DNA of 64,000 nt from Acidimicrobiia bacterium (GCA_041551965.1 JBFELU010000002.1:5829-69828); one strand, 5' to 3'; shown: positions 46,285-56,451, counted from the first letter of the stretch. Program-made: numbers and translations. Notes: a model not told the origin generated them from the letters alone.

Positions 46285-47808
46285 ATGAGGGCGCTCGTCG
46301 GCTTCCTCGGGCTCCTCGCCGGGCTCGTGGTCGCCGCAGTGCTGTTGTTCACGCGCGGCGAGATCCTCGCCCTCGTGGGGCTTGTGCTGATCATCGTTGC
46401 AGCCCTCGCTCTCGCCGCCGTGCTACCCCCGGGGGCGGCACTGGCTCTGGCGGCGGTGGAACTCACCGTCATCGTTCTCGGAGGGGCGTGGATCGCCCGC
46501 CAGGCGGTTTCGATCGTCGATGCCCTCACCACGACCGAGGGACCCGCCGACCCCGCCGACCCGCTGCTCTTCGAGATCGCCTCCCAGAAGTTTGACGACA
46601 TCGAGGGCTCGGGCGGCTTCCGACTCGAACTCATGGAGGACGAACTCGAAGCATTCGTCCAGGACGGCCTGAGCGGTGAGGACGTGCCCCTCAGCAGGGT
46701 CACGATCGACGTCGTCGACGGAGAGGAGGGCGAACAGGGGCGCCTCGAGTTCGTCGGGGCCTTCAAGAGCGGCGACCTCGAAGTGGAGGGGAGCCTCACT
46801 GCGCGTCTCGAGATGGGAGCCGTGCTGATCGAACTCCTCGACATCGACCTGGGTTCGCTGCGCCTCCCCGGTCTGGCCGAGGGTGCCGTCGAGGACCTGA
46901 TCGAGTCGATCACCGACCTCAACGAGACGCTGGCCGCCCAACAGGCCGACGTCCAGTCGATCGAGATCGGCAACGACCGGATCGTCATCACCGGCACCCA
47001 GGGAAGGGGCGAGCTGCTCACCTCGGCGGCGCTCCTGGAGGGACTGAGAGATCAGGCTGCGACGGTGAGCACCACCGTCCAGCCTCCTCCAGAGCGGATC
47101 GGTCCGGGCACCGTCGACGGCCTCCGGGCCGACGGCCCCACCTACTACGTCGCTCTGGGGGACTCCCTGGCCGCCAACGTCGGGGTCGATGCGGCGCGCG
47201 ACGGCTACGTCTCCCGTTTCCACAAGGCGATCGAGGAACGGGACGACGCGTCGTACGGCCTGCGCAACTTCGGGATCTCCGGAGAGACCAGCGGGACCTT
47301 GATCCGGGGCGGGCAACTCGACGACGCGGTGGCCTTCATGGAGGGACACGAGGTCGCCTACGTGACGATCGACATAGGGGCCAACGACCTCCTGGGTCAC
47401 CTGGGGTCGGCCGAGTGCTCCGCCGATCTCGACGACCCGGGGTGCCGCAGCCGCATCGACACCACATTCATCGTCTACGAGGAGAACCTGGAGCGCATCT
47501 TCGACGAGCTCCGCGATGCCGCTCCCGACGCGACGATCGTGTTCATGCGGGCCTACAACCCCTTCAGCCTCGGCTTCGGCGCCTCGATCGGCCTCGAGGA
47601 GGCGAGCAACGAGATCCTCGATTCCTTCAACGACGTGGCCGCCCAAATCGGCAGCGAGCAGGGGGTGCTCGTCGCCGACGCCTTCACACCGATGCAGGAC
47701 ACTGCCGCGGCGACCACCCACATGCTCGACGATCCGCCGGACATCCACCCCGTTGCGATCGGATTCGACGTCCTGGCGGCGGCGCTGCTCGACGCTCTGG
47801 AAGGCTGA
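46285..47808 (+). CDS. SGNH/GDSL hydrolase-family protein with N-terminal TM helices
   Basis: YYVALGDSLAANVG (GDSL block I), GANDLL, and the C-terminal DxxH region (DDPPDIHPVAIGFD). N-terminal membrane anchor plus a ~250-aa domain. Confidence 0.75.
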   Translation: MRALVGFLGLLAGLVVAAVLLFTRGEILALVGLVLIIVAALALAAVLPPGAALALAAVELTVIVLGGAWIARQAVSIVDALTTTEGPADPADPLLFEIASQKFDDIEGSGGFRLELMEDELEAFVQDGLSGEDVPLSRVTIDVVDGEEGEQGRLEFVGAFKSGDLEVEGSLTARLEMGAVLIELLDIDLGSLRLPGLAEGAVEDLIESITDLNETLAAQQADVQSIEIGNDRIVITGTQGRGELLTSAALLEGLRDQAATVSTTVQPPPERIGPGTVDGLRADGPTYYVALGDSLAANVGVDAARDGYVSRFHKAIEERDDASYGLRNFGISGETSGTLIRGGQLDDAVAFMEGHEVAYVTIDIGANDLLGHLGSAECSADLDDPGCRSRIDTTFIVYEENLERIFDELRDAAPDATIVFMRAYNPFSLGFGASIGLEEASNEILDSFNDVAAQIGSEQGVLVADAFTPMQDTAAATTHMLDDPPDIHPVAIGFDVLAAALLDALEG

Positions 47809-47865
47809 GCGCGCAAACTTTCCCCGGCTCGCGAAAACCTTCCCGGGCCCCTGCTTGACCAAACC

Positions 47866-47936
47866 ACACCGGTGGGATTAATACTCGGGGGACGGCCGAC
47901 CCTTGACTGGATGACACCGGTGTAATTACACTGGTG
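47866..47936 (+). promoter_or_regulatory. nrdJ promoter region with two related palindromic boxes (NrdR-box-like)
   Basis: Box A is ACACCGGTGGGATTAATACT (47866-47885). Box B is ACACCGGTGTAATTACACTGGTG (47914-47936), a 22-bp near-perfect palindrome containing the perfect palindromes ACACCGGTGT and GTGTAATTACAC. Box B overlaps a -10-like TACACT (47927-47932), 18 nt after a -35-like TTGACT (47903-47908). Lies ~110 nt upstream of the nrdJ ATG. Confidence 0.4.
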
Positions 47937-48042
47937 AGTCCCAAGATTTTGTGGCACTTCCTTCGCCGGACCACAACATCTTGTGGGTGTGGACAACTTG
48001 GGAAGAGCGGGTTCGGCCCGCAGGGAGACGGGAGGAGCGCAC

Positions 48043-51000
48043 ATGGGTTCGGCGAGCGGACTTCGCATCGGCCGGTTGTTCACCAAGGCAGACGAGGACC
48101 CCCTCGACAGCGTCTCGTGGAGCCGGCGCGACTCCAAGATCACCAACCCCGACGGATCGGTGGTCTTCGAGATGAACGATGCCGAGATCCCGACCGCCTG
48201 GTCCCAGGTGGCCGCCGACATCATGGTCTCCAAGTATTTCCGGAAGGCCGGTGTCCCCCAGTTCGATCGCGACGGCGCCCCGATCCTCGCCGACGACGGC
48301 TCGCCCATCCTCGGGCCGGAACGATCCGCCCGGCAAGTCATCACGCGGCTGGCTTCGACGTGGCGGTGGTGGGGTGAGCGTTACGGCTACTTCGCCTCGG
48401 AGGCCGACGCGGCCGCCTTCGAAGACGAGCTCTGCCACATGCTCGTCCACCAGATGGCGGCACCCAACAGCCCGCAGTGGTTCAACACCGGGCTCCATCA
48501 CGCCTACGGTCTGACCGGGCCGCCGCAGGGTTTCTGGTATGTCGATCCCAACACCGGCGAGCTGTGTGAGTCCCCCGACTCGTACAGCCGCCCCGCCCCC
48601 CACGCCTGCTTCATCCAGTCGATCAACGACGACCTCGTCAACGAGGGCGGGATCATGGACCTTTGGGTCCGTGAGGCTCGCCTCTTCAAGTTCGGGAGCG
48701 GCACCGGGACCAACTTCTCCACGCTGCGCGCCGAGAACGAGCGCCTCTCCGGCGGCGGCCGTTCCTCGGGCGTGATGTCGTTCCTCAAGATCGGCGACCG
48801 GGCCGCCGGCGCCATCAAGTCGGGAGGCACCACGCGCCGGGCCGCCAAGATGGTGATCCTCGACCTCGACCACCCCGACATCGAGGAGTTCATCGACTGG
48901 AAGAAGGAAGAGGAGCGCAAGGTCAGGGCCCTCATCGCGGCCGGCTATCCGGCCGATTTCAACGGAGAGGCCTACCAGACGATCTCCGGCCAGAACTCCA
49001 ACAACTCGGTCCGGGTCGCCAACGATTTCCTCGACGCCGTCATCGGCGACGAGGACTGGGAACTGCGCGCGAGGACCACCGGCGGGGTGATGAAGACGGT
49101 GCGGGCCCGGGACCTTTGGCGCCGGATCGCCGAAGCCGCCTGGGAGTGTGCCGATCCCGGGGTGCAGTTCGACACCACCATCAACGAGTGGCACACCGCT
49201 CCGGCCGGGGGCCGGATCAGGGCCTCCAACCCGTGCTCCGAGTACATGTTCTTGGACGACACGGCCTGCAACCTCGCCAGCCTCAATCTCGTGTCGTTCT
49301 ACGAGGACGACACCGGCAACTTCGACATCGAGGCGTACAAGCACGCCATCCGGCTGTGGACCGTCGTCCTCGAGATCTCGGTGACCATGGCCCACTTCCC
49401 GTCCCAGGAGATCGCCCAGGGTTCGTACGACTACCGCACCCTGGGTCTCGGCTACGCCAACCTCGGATCGCTCCTCATGCGAAGCGGCATCCCCTACGAC
49501 TCAGACGAAGGGCGCGCCATCACCGGGGCCCTCACCGCCATTCTCACCGGGGATGCCTACGCCACTTCGGCCGAGATGGCGGCGGTGCTGGGACCTTTCC
49601 CCCGATTCTCGGAGAACCGGGACTCCATGTTGCAGGTGATGCGGAACCACCGGCGGGCGGCCTACGACGCCGACGCCTCGGCGTACGAGGGAATCAGCTC
49701 GAAGATCGTGGGCATAGACCCCGATCACTGTCCGGCCCCGCTCATCGAGGCGGCCCGGACGTCTTGGGATGCCGCCGTGGAGCTGGGAGAGCAGTACGGC
49801 TACCGCAACGCCCAGGCCACGGTGCTCGCTCCGACGGGGACCATCGGCCTCTTGATGGATTGCGACACGACCGGCGTCGAGTCGGACTACGCCCTGGTGA
49901 AGTTCAAGAAGCTGGCCGGCGGCGGGTACTTCAAGATCGCCAACCAGTCGATCGAACCGGCCCTCCGAGCGCTCGGGTACACCGAGCCGCAGCGGCGCGA
50001 CCTCGTCGAGTACGTCATCGGGACGATGCGGATCGACGGTGTGCCACACATCAACCGCATCTCGCTGATCGAAGCCGGGCTGACCGAAGCCGAGGTCGAT
50101 GCCATCGAGACCACCCTGCCCGGCGTCTTCGATCTGCGGCATGCGTTCAACTTCAATGTGCTCGGGGCCGAAGCCATGAACCGTCTCGGCATCGACGCCG
50201 ACGAAGTGGCCGCTCCCGGATTCGACCTGCTGGAGCGGCTCGGTTTCACCCAACGCCAGATCGACGAGGCCAACGCCGTCATCTGCGGCCACCAGACCGT
50301 CGAGGGAGCCCCCCATCTCTTCGACGAGCACCTGGCGGTCTTCGATTGCGCCAACCGCAACGGGAAGTTCGGCACCCGCTACATCGACCCAACCGGCCAC
50401 ATCCGGGCAATGGCGGCGGCACAGCCGTTCATCTCAGGGGCCATCTCGAAGACCATCAACATGCCCCATGAGGTCACCATCGGTGAGATCGAGGACGCCT
50501 ACCGGCTGTCGTGGGAGCTGGGCCTGAAGGCCATCGCCCTCTATCGAGACGGGTCCAAGGCCAGCCAGCCGCTGTCGTCGGCCACCTCCGGCGAAGGGGA
50601 CCACACCGAGGACGAAGACGAGGCCCTCAACGAGGCGATCGACGCCGAGGCCCGGGTCGTCACCGGCGTCTTCGCCCCCGGGGTCAGCCCCACTGCGGCA
50701 TATCAGGGAGTGACCCGACCCCGGTTCCTGCTGCCGGCTCGCCGCCGCGGGTTCACCCAGGAAGCTCGGGTCGGCGGCCACAAAGTCTTCCTCCGCACCG
50801 GCGAGTACGACGACGGGACGCTGGGAGAGCTGTTCATCGACCTGGCCAAGGAGGGCGCCACCCTCCGCGGGATCCTTTCGTGCTTTGCCATCGCCGTCTC
50901 CAAGGGCCTCCAATACGGCGTGCCGCTGGAGGAGTTCGTCGACACGTTCACGTTCCACACGTTCGAGCCTCGCGGGCTGGTGGAGGGCCACCCCAACATC

Positions 51001-51477
51001 AAGATGGCCAACTCAATCGTCGACTACGTGTTCCGATCCCTCGGGCTCGAGTATCTGGGCCGCACCGATCTGGTGCAGGTCCCACCCGAGGTTGAGCTGC
51101 CCGAGCCGCCGAGCGGGCTGGCGGTGGATGCCGGTCTCCAGCTGGAGCTGACCGACTCACCCCCGATGCCCACCGAACCGGCTCCCATGCCGCCCACCGC
51201 CCCGATCTCCCATCCGGCGGTGACGGGCGATGAGGACATCAATGCCAACGGCACCAACGGGCACCACACACCGATCGTCGAGCAGCCATCCATTGCGGTG
51301 CGCTCCTCGAGTGATGCCACCGTCGCTGATGCCACCGGCCAGACCGCATCCGTCCAATCGGCTCTAGGGTCGATGATGGGCGATGCCCCGTTGTGCGATA
51401 CCTGCGGACACATCACGGTCCGCAACGGCTCGTGCTATCGGTGCCTCAACTGCGGCAACTCGATGGGCTGCAGCTGA
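48043..51477 (+). CDS. nrdJ: Class II (adenosylcobalamin-dependent) ribonucleoside-diphosphate reductase
   Basis: 1144 aa with NrdJ family blocks (RVANDFLDAVIGDEDWEL, NPCSEYMFLDDTACNLASLNL, TMRIDGVPHINR) and the C-terminal Cys cluster CDTCGHITVRNGSCYRCLNCGNSMGC. The start MGSASGLRIG at 48043 follows GGGAGGAG. Confidence 0.9.
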   Translation: MGSASGLRIGRLFTKADEDPLDSVSWSRRDSKITNPDGSVVFEMNDAEIPTAWSQVAADIMVSKYFRKAGVPQFDRDGAPILADDGSPILGPERSARQVITRLASTWRWWGERYGYFASEADAAAFEDELCHMLVHQMAAPNSPQWFNTGLHHAYGLTGPPQGFWYVDPNTGELCESPDSYSRPAPHACFIQSINDDLVNEGGIMDLWVREARLFKFGSGTGTNFSTLRAENERLSGGGRSSGVMSFLKIGDRAAGAIKSGGTTRRAAKMVILDLDHPDIEEFIDWKKEEERKVRALIAAGYPADFNGEAYQTISGQNSNNSVRVANDFLDAVIGDEDWELRARTTGGVMKTVRARDLWRRIAEAAWECADPGVQFDTTINEWHTAPAGGRIRASNPCSEYMFLDDTACNLASLNLVSFYEDDTGNFDIEAYKHAIRLWTVVLEISVTMAHFPSQEIAQGSYDYRTLGLGYANLGSLLMRSGIPYDSDEGRAITGALTAILTGDAYATSAEMAAVLGPFPRFSENRDSMLQVMRNHRRAAYDADASAYEGISSKIVGIDPDHCPAPLIEAARTSWDAAVELGEQYGYRNAQATVLAPTGTIGLLMDCDTTGVESDYALVKFKKLAGGGYFKIANQSIEPALRALGYTEPQRRDLVEYVIGTMRIDGVPHINRISLIEAGLTEAEVDAIETTLPGVFDLRHAFNFNVLGAEAMNRLGIDADEVAAPGFDLLERLGFTQRQIDEANAVICGHQTVEGAPHLFDEHLAVFDCANRNGKFGTRYIDPTGHIRAMAAAQPFISGAISKTINMPHEVTIGEIEDAYRLSWELGLKAIALYRDGSKASQPLSSATSGEGDHTEDEDEALNEAIDAEARVVTGVFAPGVSPTAAYQGVTRPRFLLPARRRGFTQEARVGGHKVFLRTGEYDDGTLGELFIDLAKEGATLRGILSCFAIAVSKGLQYGVPLEEFVDTFTFHTFEPRGLVEGHPNIKMANSIVDYVFRSLGLEYLGRTDLVQVPPEVELPEPPSGLAVDAGLQLELTDSPPMPTEPAPMPPTAPISHPAVTGDEDINANGTNGHHTPIVEQPSIAVRSSSDATVADATGQTASVQSALGSMMGDAPLCDTCGHITVRNGSCYRCLNCGNSMGCS

Positions 51478-51504
51478 CGCACCGCCTCCTCGGTGATGCT
51501 GGAT

Positions 51505-51530
51505 GTGGAGGGCCCTGCGTGGCCCTCCAC
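51505..51530. terminator. Bidirectional intrinsic-terminator-like hairpin between convergent nrdJ and dipeptidase genes
   Basis: GTGGAGGGCC-ctgcgt-GGCCCTCCAC: a perfect 10-bp GC-rich stem with a 6-nt loop in the 57-bp convergent intergenic gap. No U-tract (usual for high-GC actinobacteria). Confidence 0.55.
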
Positions 51531-51534
51531 CGCA

Positions 51535-52653
51535 TCAGCGTTCATCGGCGGCGGCCAGGACCCTCAGAGCGTTGCCCCCCAGCACCTTGCGGACGTCGAC
51601 TTCCGGCCACCCCCGGGCCAACAGCAGCTCGGTGATCGCCGGATAGCGGGACACGTCCTCGAGGCCGTCGGGAAGCTCGTCGACGCCGTCGAAGTCGGAG
51701 CCGATGCCGACGTGATCGACCCCGGCCACGGCGGCGATGTGTTCGATGTGATCGACGACGTCGTCGACGCCTCCCCGATCCAGGTCGGGACGCTCCCTGG
51801 CCTGCCGAGCCGCCCGATAGCCCGCCTCGTCCTCGGGAGCGAAGGCGGCCCGGGCGCGTCGCTCTTCCTCGAACATGTCGAGCGCCCGGCGGGCGGTCTC
51901 GGCCACGAGGAAGGCCGGGCAGAAGTTCACCATCACCACACCCCCGTTCTCGGCGACCCCCTCGAGTACGTCGTCGGGGACGTTGCGGGGATGGGGAGCG
52001 AGCGCGTACGCCGAGGAGTGAGAGGCGATCACCGGGGCCCGGCTCACCTCCAGGGCATGCCGCATGGTGTCCGCCGACACGTGGGAGATGTCGACCAGCA
52101 TGCCCAGACGGTTCATCGCTTCGACGACCTCGACCCCGAAGGGGCTGAGGCCGCCGTGACGCGGTTCGTCGGTCGCCGAATCCGCCCACTCCGTCGTGTC
52201 GGCGTGGGTGAGGGTCAGATAGCGGACGCCGCGCTCGGCCAGGCCTTCGAGCGCCTCCAAGGAGCTCTCGATGCAATGGCCGCCTTCGGCGCCGAGCAGG
52301 CCGGCGACCCGGCCCCCGTCCCTGATCCGGATCGCCTCGGCCGCGTCGGCCGCCTGGGCCGACCATTCCGACGCCCGGTCCGTCATGCGTCCCACCAGAT
52401 CGATCTGAGCGTGGGTGTCGGCGAGGGGGCTCCTGCTCCAAGCCGGCACGAACACCGACCAGAACTGGACTCCGACGCCCCCCTCGAGGAGACGGGGGAA
52501 GTCGGTGTGGTATCCGGGAAGAGGGCGAGCGGGGTCGGCCTCGTCGACCGAGCCACCGGCCCGGGTACGGATCTCCCAGGGAAGGTCGTTGTGACCATCG
52601 ACGACGGGTAGATCCCGATGAATGCGGTGCGCCGCGGCGCGAAGGTCGGTCAC
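51535..52653 (-). CDS. Membrane dipeptidase, peptidase family M19 (renal dipeptidase-like)
   Basis: VVDGHNDLPW, HxD zinc ligands, SHSSAYAL and GIGSDFDG motifs, 372 aa. Confidence 0.85.
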   Translation of the reverse strand: MTDLRAAAHRIHRDLPVVDGHNDLPWEIRTRAGGSVDEADPARPLPGYHTDFPRLLEGGVGVQFWSVFVPAWSRSPLADTHAQIDLVGRMTDRASEWSAQAADAAEAIRIRDGGRVAGLLGAEGGHCIESSLEALEGLAERGVRYLTLTHADTTEWADSATDEPRHGGLSPFGVEVVEAMNRLGMLVDISHVSADTMRHALEVSRAPVIASHSSAYALAPHPRNVPDDVLEGVAENGGVVMVNFCPAFLVAETARRALDMFEEERRARAAFAPEDEAGYRAARQARERPDLDRGGVDDVVDHIEHIAAVAGVDHVGIGSDFDGVDELPDGLEDVSRYPAITELLLARGWPEVDVRKVLGGNALRVLAAADER

Positions 52654-52661
52654 CGGGCCGG

Positions 52662-53909
52662 ATGGTAGGCCGGCGTACCATCGACGCCATGCGCCGAACC
52701 GAGGAACGGCCCACCTTCGTCACCCATCTCGAGTGCAGCGGCACTGGGGAGCGACACCCGGCCGGGATGCTGCACGGGTTGTCGCGGGCCGGCAGCCCCC
52801 TCCTGGTCCGCTACGACCTTGCCGCCCTGGCCGCGACGCTCGATCGGGACGCCGTCGATGCCCGCCCCGCCGACCTGTGGCGGTTTCGGGAGTTCCTCCC
52901 GACCGGAGGCGACGTCGTCTCGTTGGGTGAGCCGGCGACGCCACTCATCAAGCTCACCCGGACGGGCGCCGAACTGGGCGCCGACCGCCTATTGGTCAAG
53001 GATGAAGGACGGCTCCCCACCGGATCCTTCAAGGCCCGGGGTATGGCCGTGGCGGTGAGCATGGCCCGGACGTTCGGCGTGTCGAGGATGGCGCTCCCCA
53101 CCAACGGCAATGCCGGGGCGGCTCTCGCCGCCTACGGAACCCGGGCCGGCATCGAGACCTACGTCTTCTGCCCCAGCGACACCCCCGAGGTCAATGTGCG
53201 GGAGACCGCCCTCCACGGTGGCCGTGTCCGGATGGTCGACGGTCTCATCGACGACTGCGGACGGTTGGTCGCCGAGGGCGTCGAGGAGATGGCATGGTTC
53301 GATGCCTCCACGCTCAAGGAGCCGTATCGAATCGAGGGGAAGAAGACGATGGGGCTCGAGTTGGCCCTGCAGCTCGGGTGGGAGCTCCCCGACGTGATTC
53401 TCTACCCGACCGGCGGCGGCACCGGTCTGATCGGGATGTGGAAGGCGTTCCGGGAGCTGGAAGCCGTCGGTTGGATCGACGGGGGCATGCCGAGGATGGT
53501 GGCCGTCCAGGCCGACGGGTGCGCACCGATCGTCCGGGCCTTCGAGGAGGGTGCCGACCGCGCCCGCCGCTGGGAGGGCGCTCACACGGTGGCCAGCGGC
53601 ATCCGCGTCCCGGCGGCCATCGGCGATTCGCTCATCTTGCGTGCGATCCGGGAGAGCGGAGGTTTTGCGATTGCGGTTTCCGACGATGAGATCCTGCGTG
53701 CCCGGAGCGATGCCGCCGGACTCGACGGCCTGCTGCTGTGCCCGGAAGGGGCGGCGACGCTGGCCGCCTACCGATCGGCGGTGGCCGGGGGCCTGATCTC
53801 GGCCGAGGAGAGAGCGGTGCTGTTCAACTGCGCCACCGGCCTCAAGTACCCGATGCCGGCGGTCGAGGGCCGCCCGGGCACACCCGCCGACTCCTCCGGC
53901 CTACGCTGA
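52662..53909 (+). CDS. thrC: Threonine synthase (PLP-dependent)
   Basis: N-terminal zinc-ribbon-like THLECSGTGERH...PLLVRYDL, PLP lysine motif GSFKARGMAV, and GGGTGLIGMWKAF. An alternative start lies 9 codons in. Confidence 0.85.
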   Translation: MVGRRTIDAMRRTEERPTFVTHLECSGTGERHPAGMLHGLSRAGSPLLVRYDLAALAATLDRDAVDARPADLWRFREFLPTGGDVVSLGEPATPLIKLTRTGAELGADRLLVKDEGRLPTGSFKARGMAVAVSMARTFGVSRMALPTNGNAGAALAAYGTRAGIETYVFCPSDTPEVNVRETALHGGRVRMVDGLIDDCGRLVAEGVEEMAWFDASTLKEPYRIEGKKTMGLELALQLGWELPDVILYPTGGGTGLIGMWKAFRELEAVGWIDGGMPRMVAVQADGCAPIVRAFEEGADRARRWEGAHTVASGIRVPAAIGDSLILRAIRESGGFAIAVSDDEILRARSDAAGLDGLLLCPEGAATLAAYRSAVAGGLISAEERAVLFNCATGLKYPMPAVEGRPGTPADSSGLR

Positions 53910-53914
53910 CCGCC

Positions 53915-54838
53915 ATGCGCGGAGCGGCAATGCGAACGGCGACCGCGGCGCTCATCGCTGCGAGCCTCATCGCGGCCGCATGTTCCGGTGACGGGGAACC
54001 CACCGGGTTCGAGGGAGAGGATCCCTACCTGTCCCTCCTGCGGGGAGTGGCCCGTGAGGTCAACCTCGCCATCGATGCCGTCGACACTGCCGTCGACGCC
54101 CCCGCCGACTCGCCCGAGATGCTCTTTCTCGCCTTGGCCGACACCCGGGCCGCCCGCGACGTGGCGATCGCCCGGGACAAGGCTCTCCGGCTCGAGCCGG
54201 GACCCGACCAGGAGTCCGACCACGAGCGCTACCTCACCTTCCTCGACTTTGCGCTCGCCCGGTCCCGGGATCTCGACGAGGCGGTCGCCTCCCAGGACGC
54301 CGTCGAGGCCGCGACGATCGCGTTCGACCTGGAAGCAGCGGCGGGACTGCTGTTCATCGGCCTCTCCCCCGAGGCCTGCGCCGCCACCACCTTCAATGAG
54401 CGCCTCTGCCGCCCGCCGGTGTCGGAGGAGGGGTTCGCCACCGCGATCCACCCCCACGTGCTCCGTCTCACCGCCGCCTACTTGCCCGGGATCGACGAGC
54501 TCCCCCTCGGCCTCTCATCGATCGGCTACAACGGCTACATCGCCGCCATCGGGCCGACGCTGATCGAGGTGCTCGAGTCGGCTCTCGAGGGGGTCCGCGA
54601 TCTCACCCCACCCTCCGAGGTCGCCGCCGACCACGAGATCCTCGTGGCCTACCTCACCGAGACGGCGGCGGCCCACGAGCGCTCGCTCGACGCAGCCGAA
54701 TCCGGCGACGCGGCGACCGCGACCGTCGCTCACTTGGCAGCGCAGCGGGAGTTCTGCACGAGCGGTCCGGCGCTTTCACAGGAGGGGCGCCGGTACCTGG
54801 CGGTCTTCTTCCTCGACGAGTTCGGGATCTGCAACTAG
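53915..54838 (+). CDS. Lipoprotein of unknown function
   Basis: Start MRGAAMRTATAALIAASLIAAAC (lipobox) at 53915; the track ORF's upstream part overlaps thrC in another frame. Ala/Glu/Asp-rich helical protein with two conserved Cys. Confidence 0.6.
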   Translation: MRGAAMRTATAALIAASLIAAACSGDGEPTGFEGEDPYLSLLRGVAREVNLAIDAVDTAVDAPADSPEMLFLALADTRAARDVAIARDKALRLEPGPDQESDHERYLTFLDFALARSRDLDEAVASQDAVEAATIAFDLEAAAGLLFIGLSPEACAATTFNERLCRPPVSEEGFATAIHPHVLRLTAAYLPGIDELPLGLSSIGYNGYIAAIGPTLIEVLESALEGVRDLTPPSEVAADHEILVAYLTETAAAHERSLDAAESGDAATATVAHLAAQREFCTSGPALSQEGRRYLAVFFLDEFGICN

Positions 54839-55803
54839 CGGGAGAGCCCTTCGCCGAGCATCCGCCGGGTCACCAGATCATTGATCGTCCCTGCGCCCCG
54901 ATCGTGATCGTCGATCGTCACGACGAAATGGCGGCCCCGGTCGCGCACGATCCTGATGCCGGGCCCCCGCCGCACCACCACCGCCGTGGCCTCTCCGGTC
55001 ATCCGGTAGCCCCAGCCGCCGTAGGCGAGAGGCCGCACGTCGTCCAGTGCCTCGGCATGGTCGATGTCGTCGAGCTTGATGCGGCGCCTCGGCCAACCCC
55101 ACCAGCCGAAACCAACGACGAATCCTTCCGCCGACGCGCTGGCCCTCACCGAGGAGAGCAATGCGATCGGGATCGCCACCACCACCGGGATCCATCGCCA
55201 TGCGCCGGGCATGAACGGGATCGCCCCGAGAGGGAGCAGTGCGGCGACCGACGGCCATCGGGCCGAGGCGACGCCGTTCCACCGTCCCTCATCGCCGGGC
55301 TCGAGACCGGCCGAGGGTATCCGACCTGGGCGGCGGCGATCCTCACCGAGCCGGCCGCCATCCTCGCCGAGGGCCCAACCCACGACACCGCCCACCACCG
55401 CCAGCCCGAGGGCCACCACGACCGCCCACCAGGCGAGACGCCCGGCCGCCGGCCATGTGGATGCATCGAGGTTCCGTTCGACGATGGAGACCTGGACGGC
55501 GGCGAGCAACGTGCCCAGGAAGTAGGTGAAGCCGACGACCGGAGCAGGTGGGAGCACACCCCCGCGTCCCGCGAGGACGAGCCCGAGCCACGCCACCGCC
55601 CACATCCCGGCGATGAGGCCCAGCGACCACCACGCCCCCATCGACCCGTTGGGCTCGCCACCGGCGGCCCAGTGAACGGCGAGTGGGTCGGGGAGGCGGT
55701 GGGCGAGGGCCGACTGGAGTGCGACGATGATCGCCATCAGAAGCCCGGGAACGATCCATACGGCTACGATCCGGCGGGCAGTGAGCCCTTCCACCCCGAC
55801 CAC
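54835..55803 (-). CDS. Integral membrane protein with C-terminal soluble (PH-like?) domain
   Basis: 322 aa with 6-8 Trp-rich TM helices and a C-terminal ~80 aa segment (FVVGFGWWGWPRRRIKLDDIDHAE...HFVVTIDDHDRGAGTINDLVTRR). Confidence 0.55.
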   Translation of the reverse strand: MVGVEGLTARRIVAVWIVPGLLMAIIVALQSALAHRLPDPLAVHWAAGGEPNGSMGAWWSLGLIAGMWAVAWLGLVLAGRGGVLPPAPVVGFTYFLGTLLAAVQVSIVERNLDASTWPAAGRLAWWAVVVALGLAVVGGVVGWALGEDGGRLGEDRRRPGRIPSAGLEPGDEGRWNGVASARWPSVAALLPLGAIPFMPGAWRWIPVVVAIPIALLSSVRASASAEGFVVGFGWWGWPRRRIKLDDIDHAEALDDVRPLAYGGWGYRMTGEATAVVVRRGPGIRIVRDRGRHFVVTIDDHDRGAGTINDLVTRRMLGEGLSR

Positions 55804-55824
55804 CTCCGGCCCGCTGTGCCCTCG

Positions 55825-56451
55825 ATGATCGACCCTCGAGTGGCCGAGATCAAGCAGGATGCGGCCCGTCTGGCCGGCTCCGACCCTCGTCTCGCCCGCG
55901 CCGCCGTCCTGGCCGGCGACTTCCCCCTGGAGCTGCGTCGCCCAGGCTTCGCCACCCTGCTCTGGGTGATCCTGGGACAGCAGGTCTCAATTGCCGCGGC
56001 GGCCGCCATGGAGGCGCGGCTCACCGACACGCTGGGCACGGTGACCCCTGAGGGAGTGCTGGGGCTCGATCGCACCACGATGCGCCGCTGCGGATTCAGC
56101 CGCCAGAAGGAGGGCTACGCCCGCGATCTGGCGGCCGCGTTGATCGAGGGTTCATTCGATCTCGCTGCGGTGGCAGCCATGACCGACGATGAGGCGATCG
56201 CGCACCTCACGACCCGCCGCGGCATCGGGCTCTGGACGGCCGAGAACTACCTGTTGTGGGGCCTGGGGAGGCGGGACATCTTCCCGGCGGGAGACTTGGC
56301 GCTCCAGATCGGGTGGCAGCGCCTCACCGGCGAGTCGAGCCGGCCCGGTCCCGAGACCCTCCGCTCGGCCGCCGAGTCGTGGCGCCCGCGCCGCACGGCT
56401 GCGGCGCTGCTCGTCTGGCACAGCTACCTCGCCACCAATCCGACGGACTAG
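55825..56451 (+). CDS. alkA: HhH-GPD superfamily DNA glycosylase (3-methyladenine DNA glycosylase II/AlkA-like)
   Basis: ATLLWVILGQQVSIAAAAAMEARL...GIGLWTAENYLLWGLGRRDIFPAGDLAL is a helix-hairpin-helix/Gly-Pro-rich-Asp catalytic module, 208 aa from the ATG at 55825. Confidence 0.75.
   Translation: MIDPRVAEIKQDAARLAGSDPRLARAAVLAGDFPLELRRPGFATLLWVILGQQVSIAAAAAMEARLTDTLGTVTPEGVLGLDRTTMRRCGFSRQKEGYARDLAAALIEGSFDLAAVAAMTDDEAIAHLTTRRGIGLWTAENYLLWGLGRRDIFPAGDLALQIGWQRLTGESSRPGPETLRSAAESWRPRRTAAALLVWHSYLATNPTD

Noticed and set aside
47809-48042. Cobalamin riboswitch upstream of nrdJ
   Set aside because: The leader is only ~100 nt after the promoter elements and has no B12-box (rAGYCMGgAgaCCkGCc-like). 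It is also not expected biologically, because NrdJ is the B12-dependent enzyme.
47553-49395. Minus-strand ORFs 47553..48344 (263 aa) and 47926..49395 (489 aa)
   Set aside because: Antisense to the GDSL hydrolase 3' end and the nrdJ 5' region. Low-complexity translations.
48043-51477. Intein within the 1144-aa NrdJ
   Set aside because: No intein block A/B/F/G motifs, and no Cys/Ser at a plausible splice junction followed by HNN/endonuclease motifs. The extra length comes from an N-terminal extension and the C-terminal zinc-ribbon tail common in actinobacterial NrdJ.
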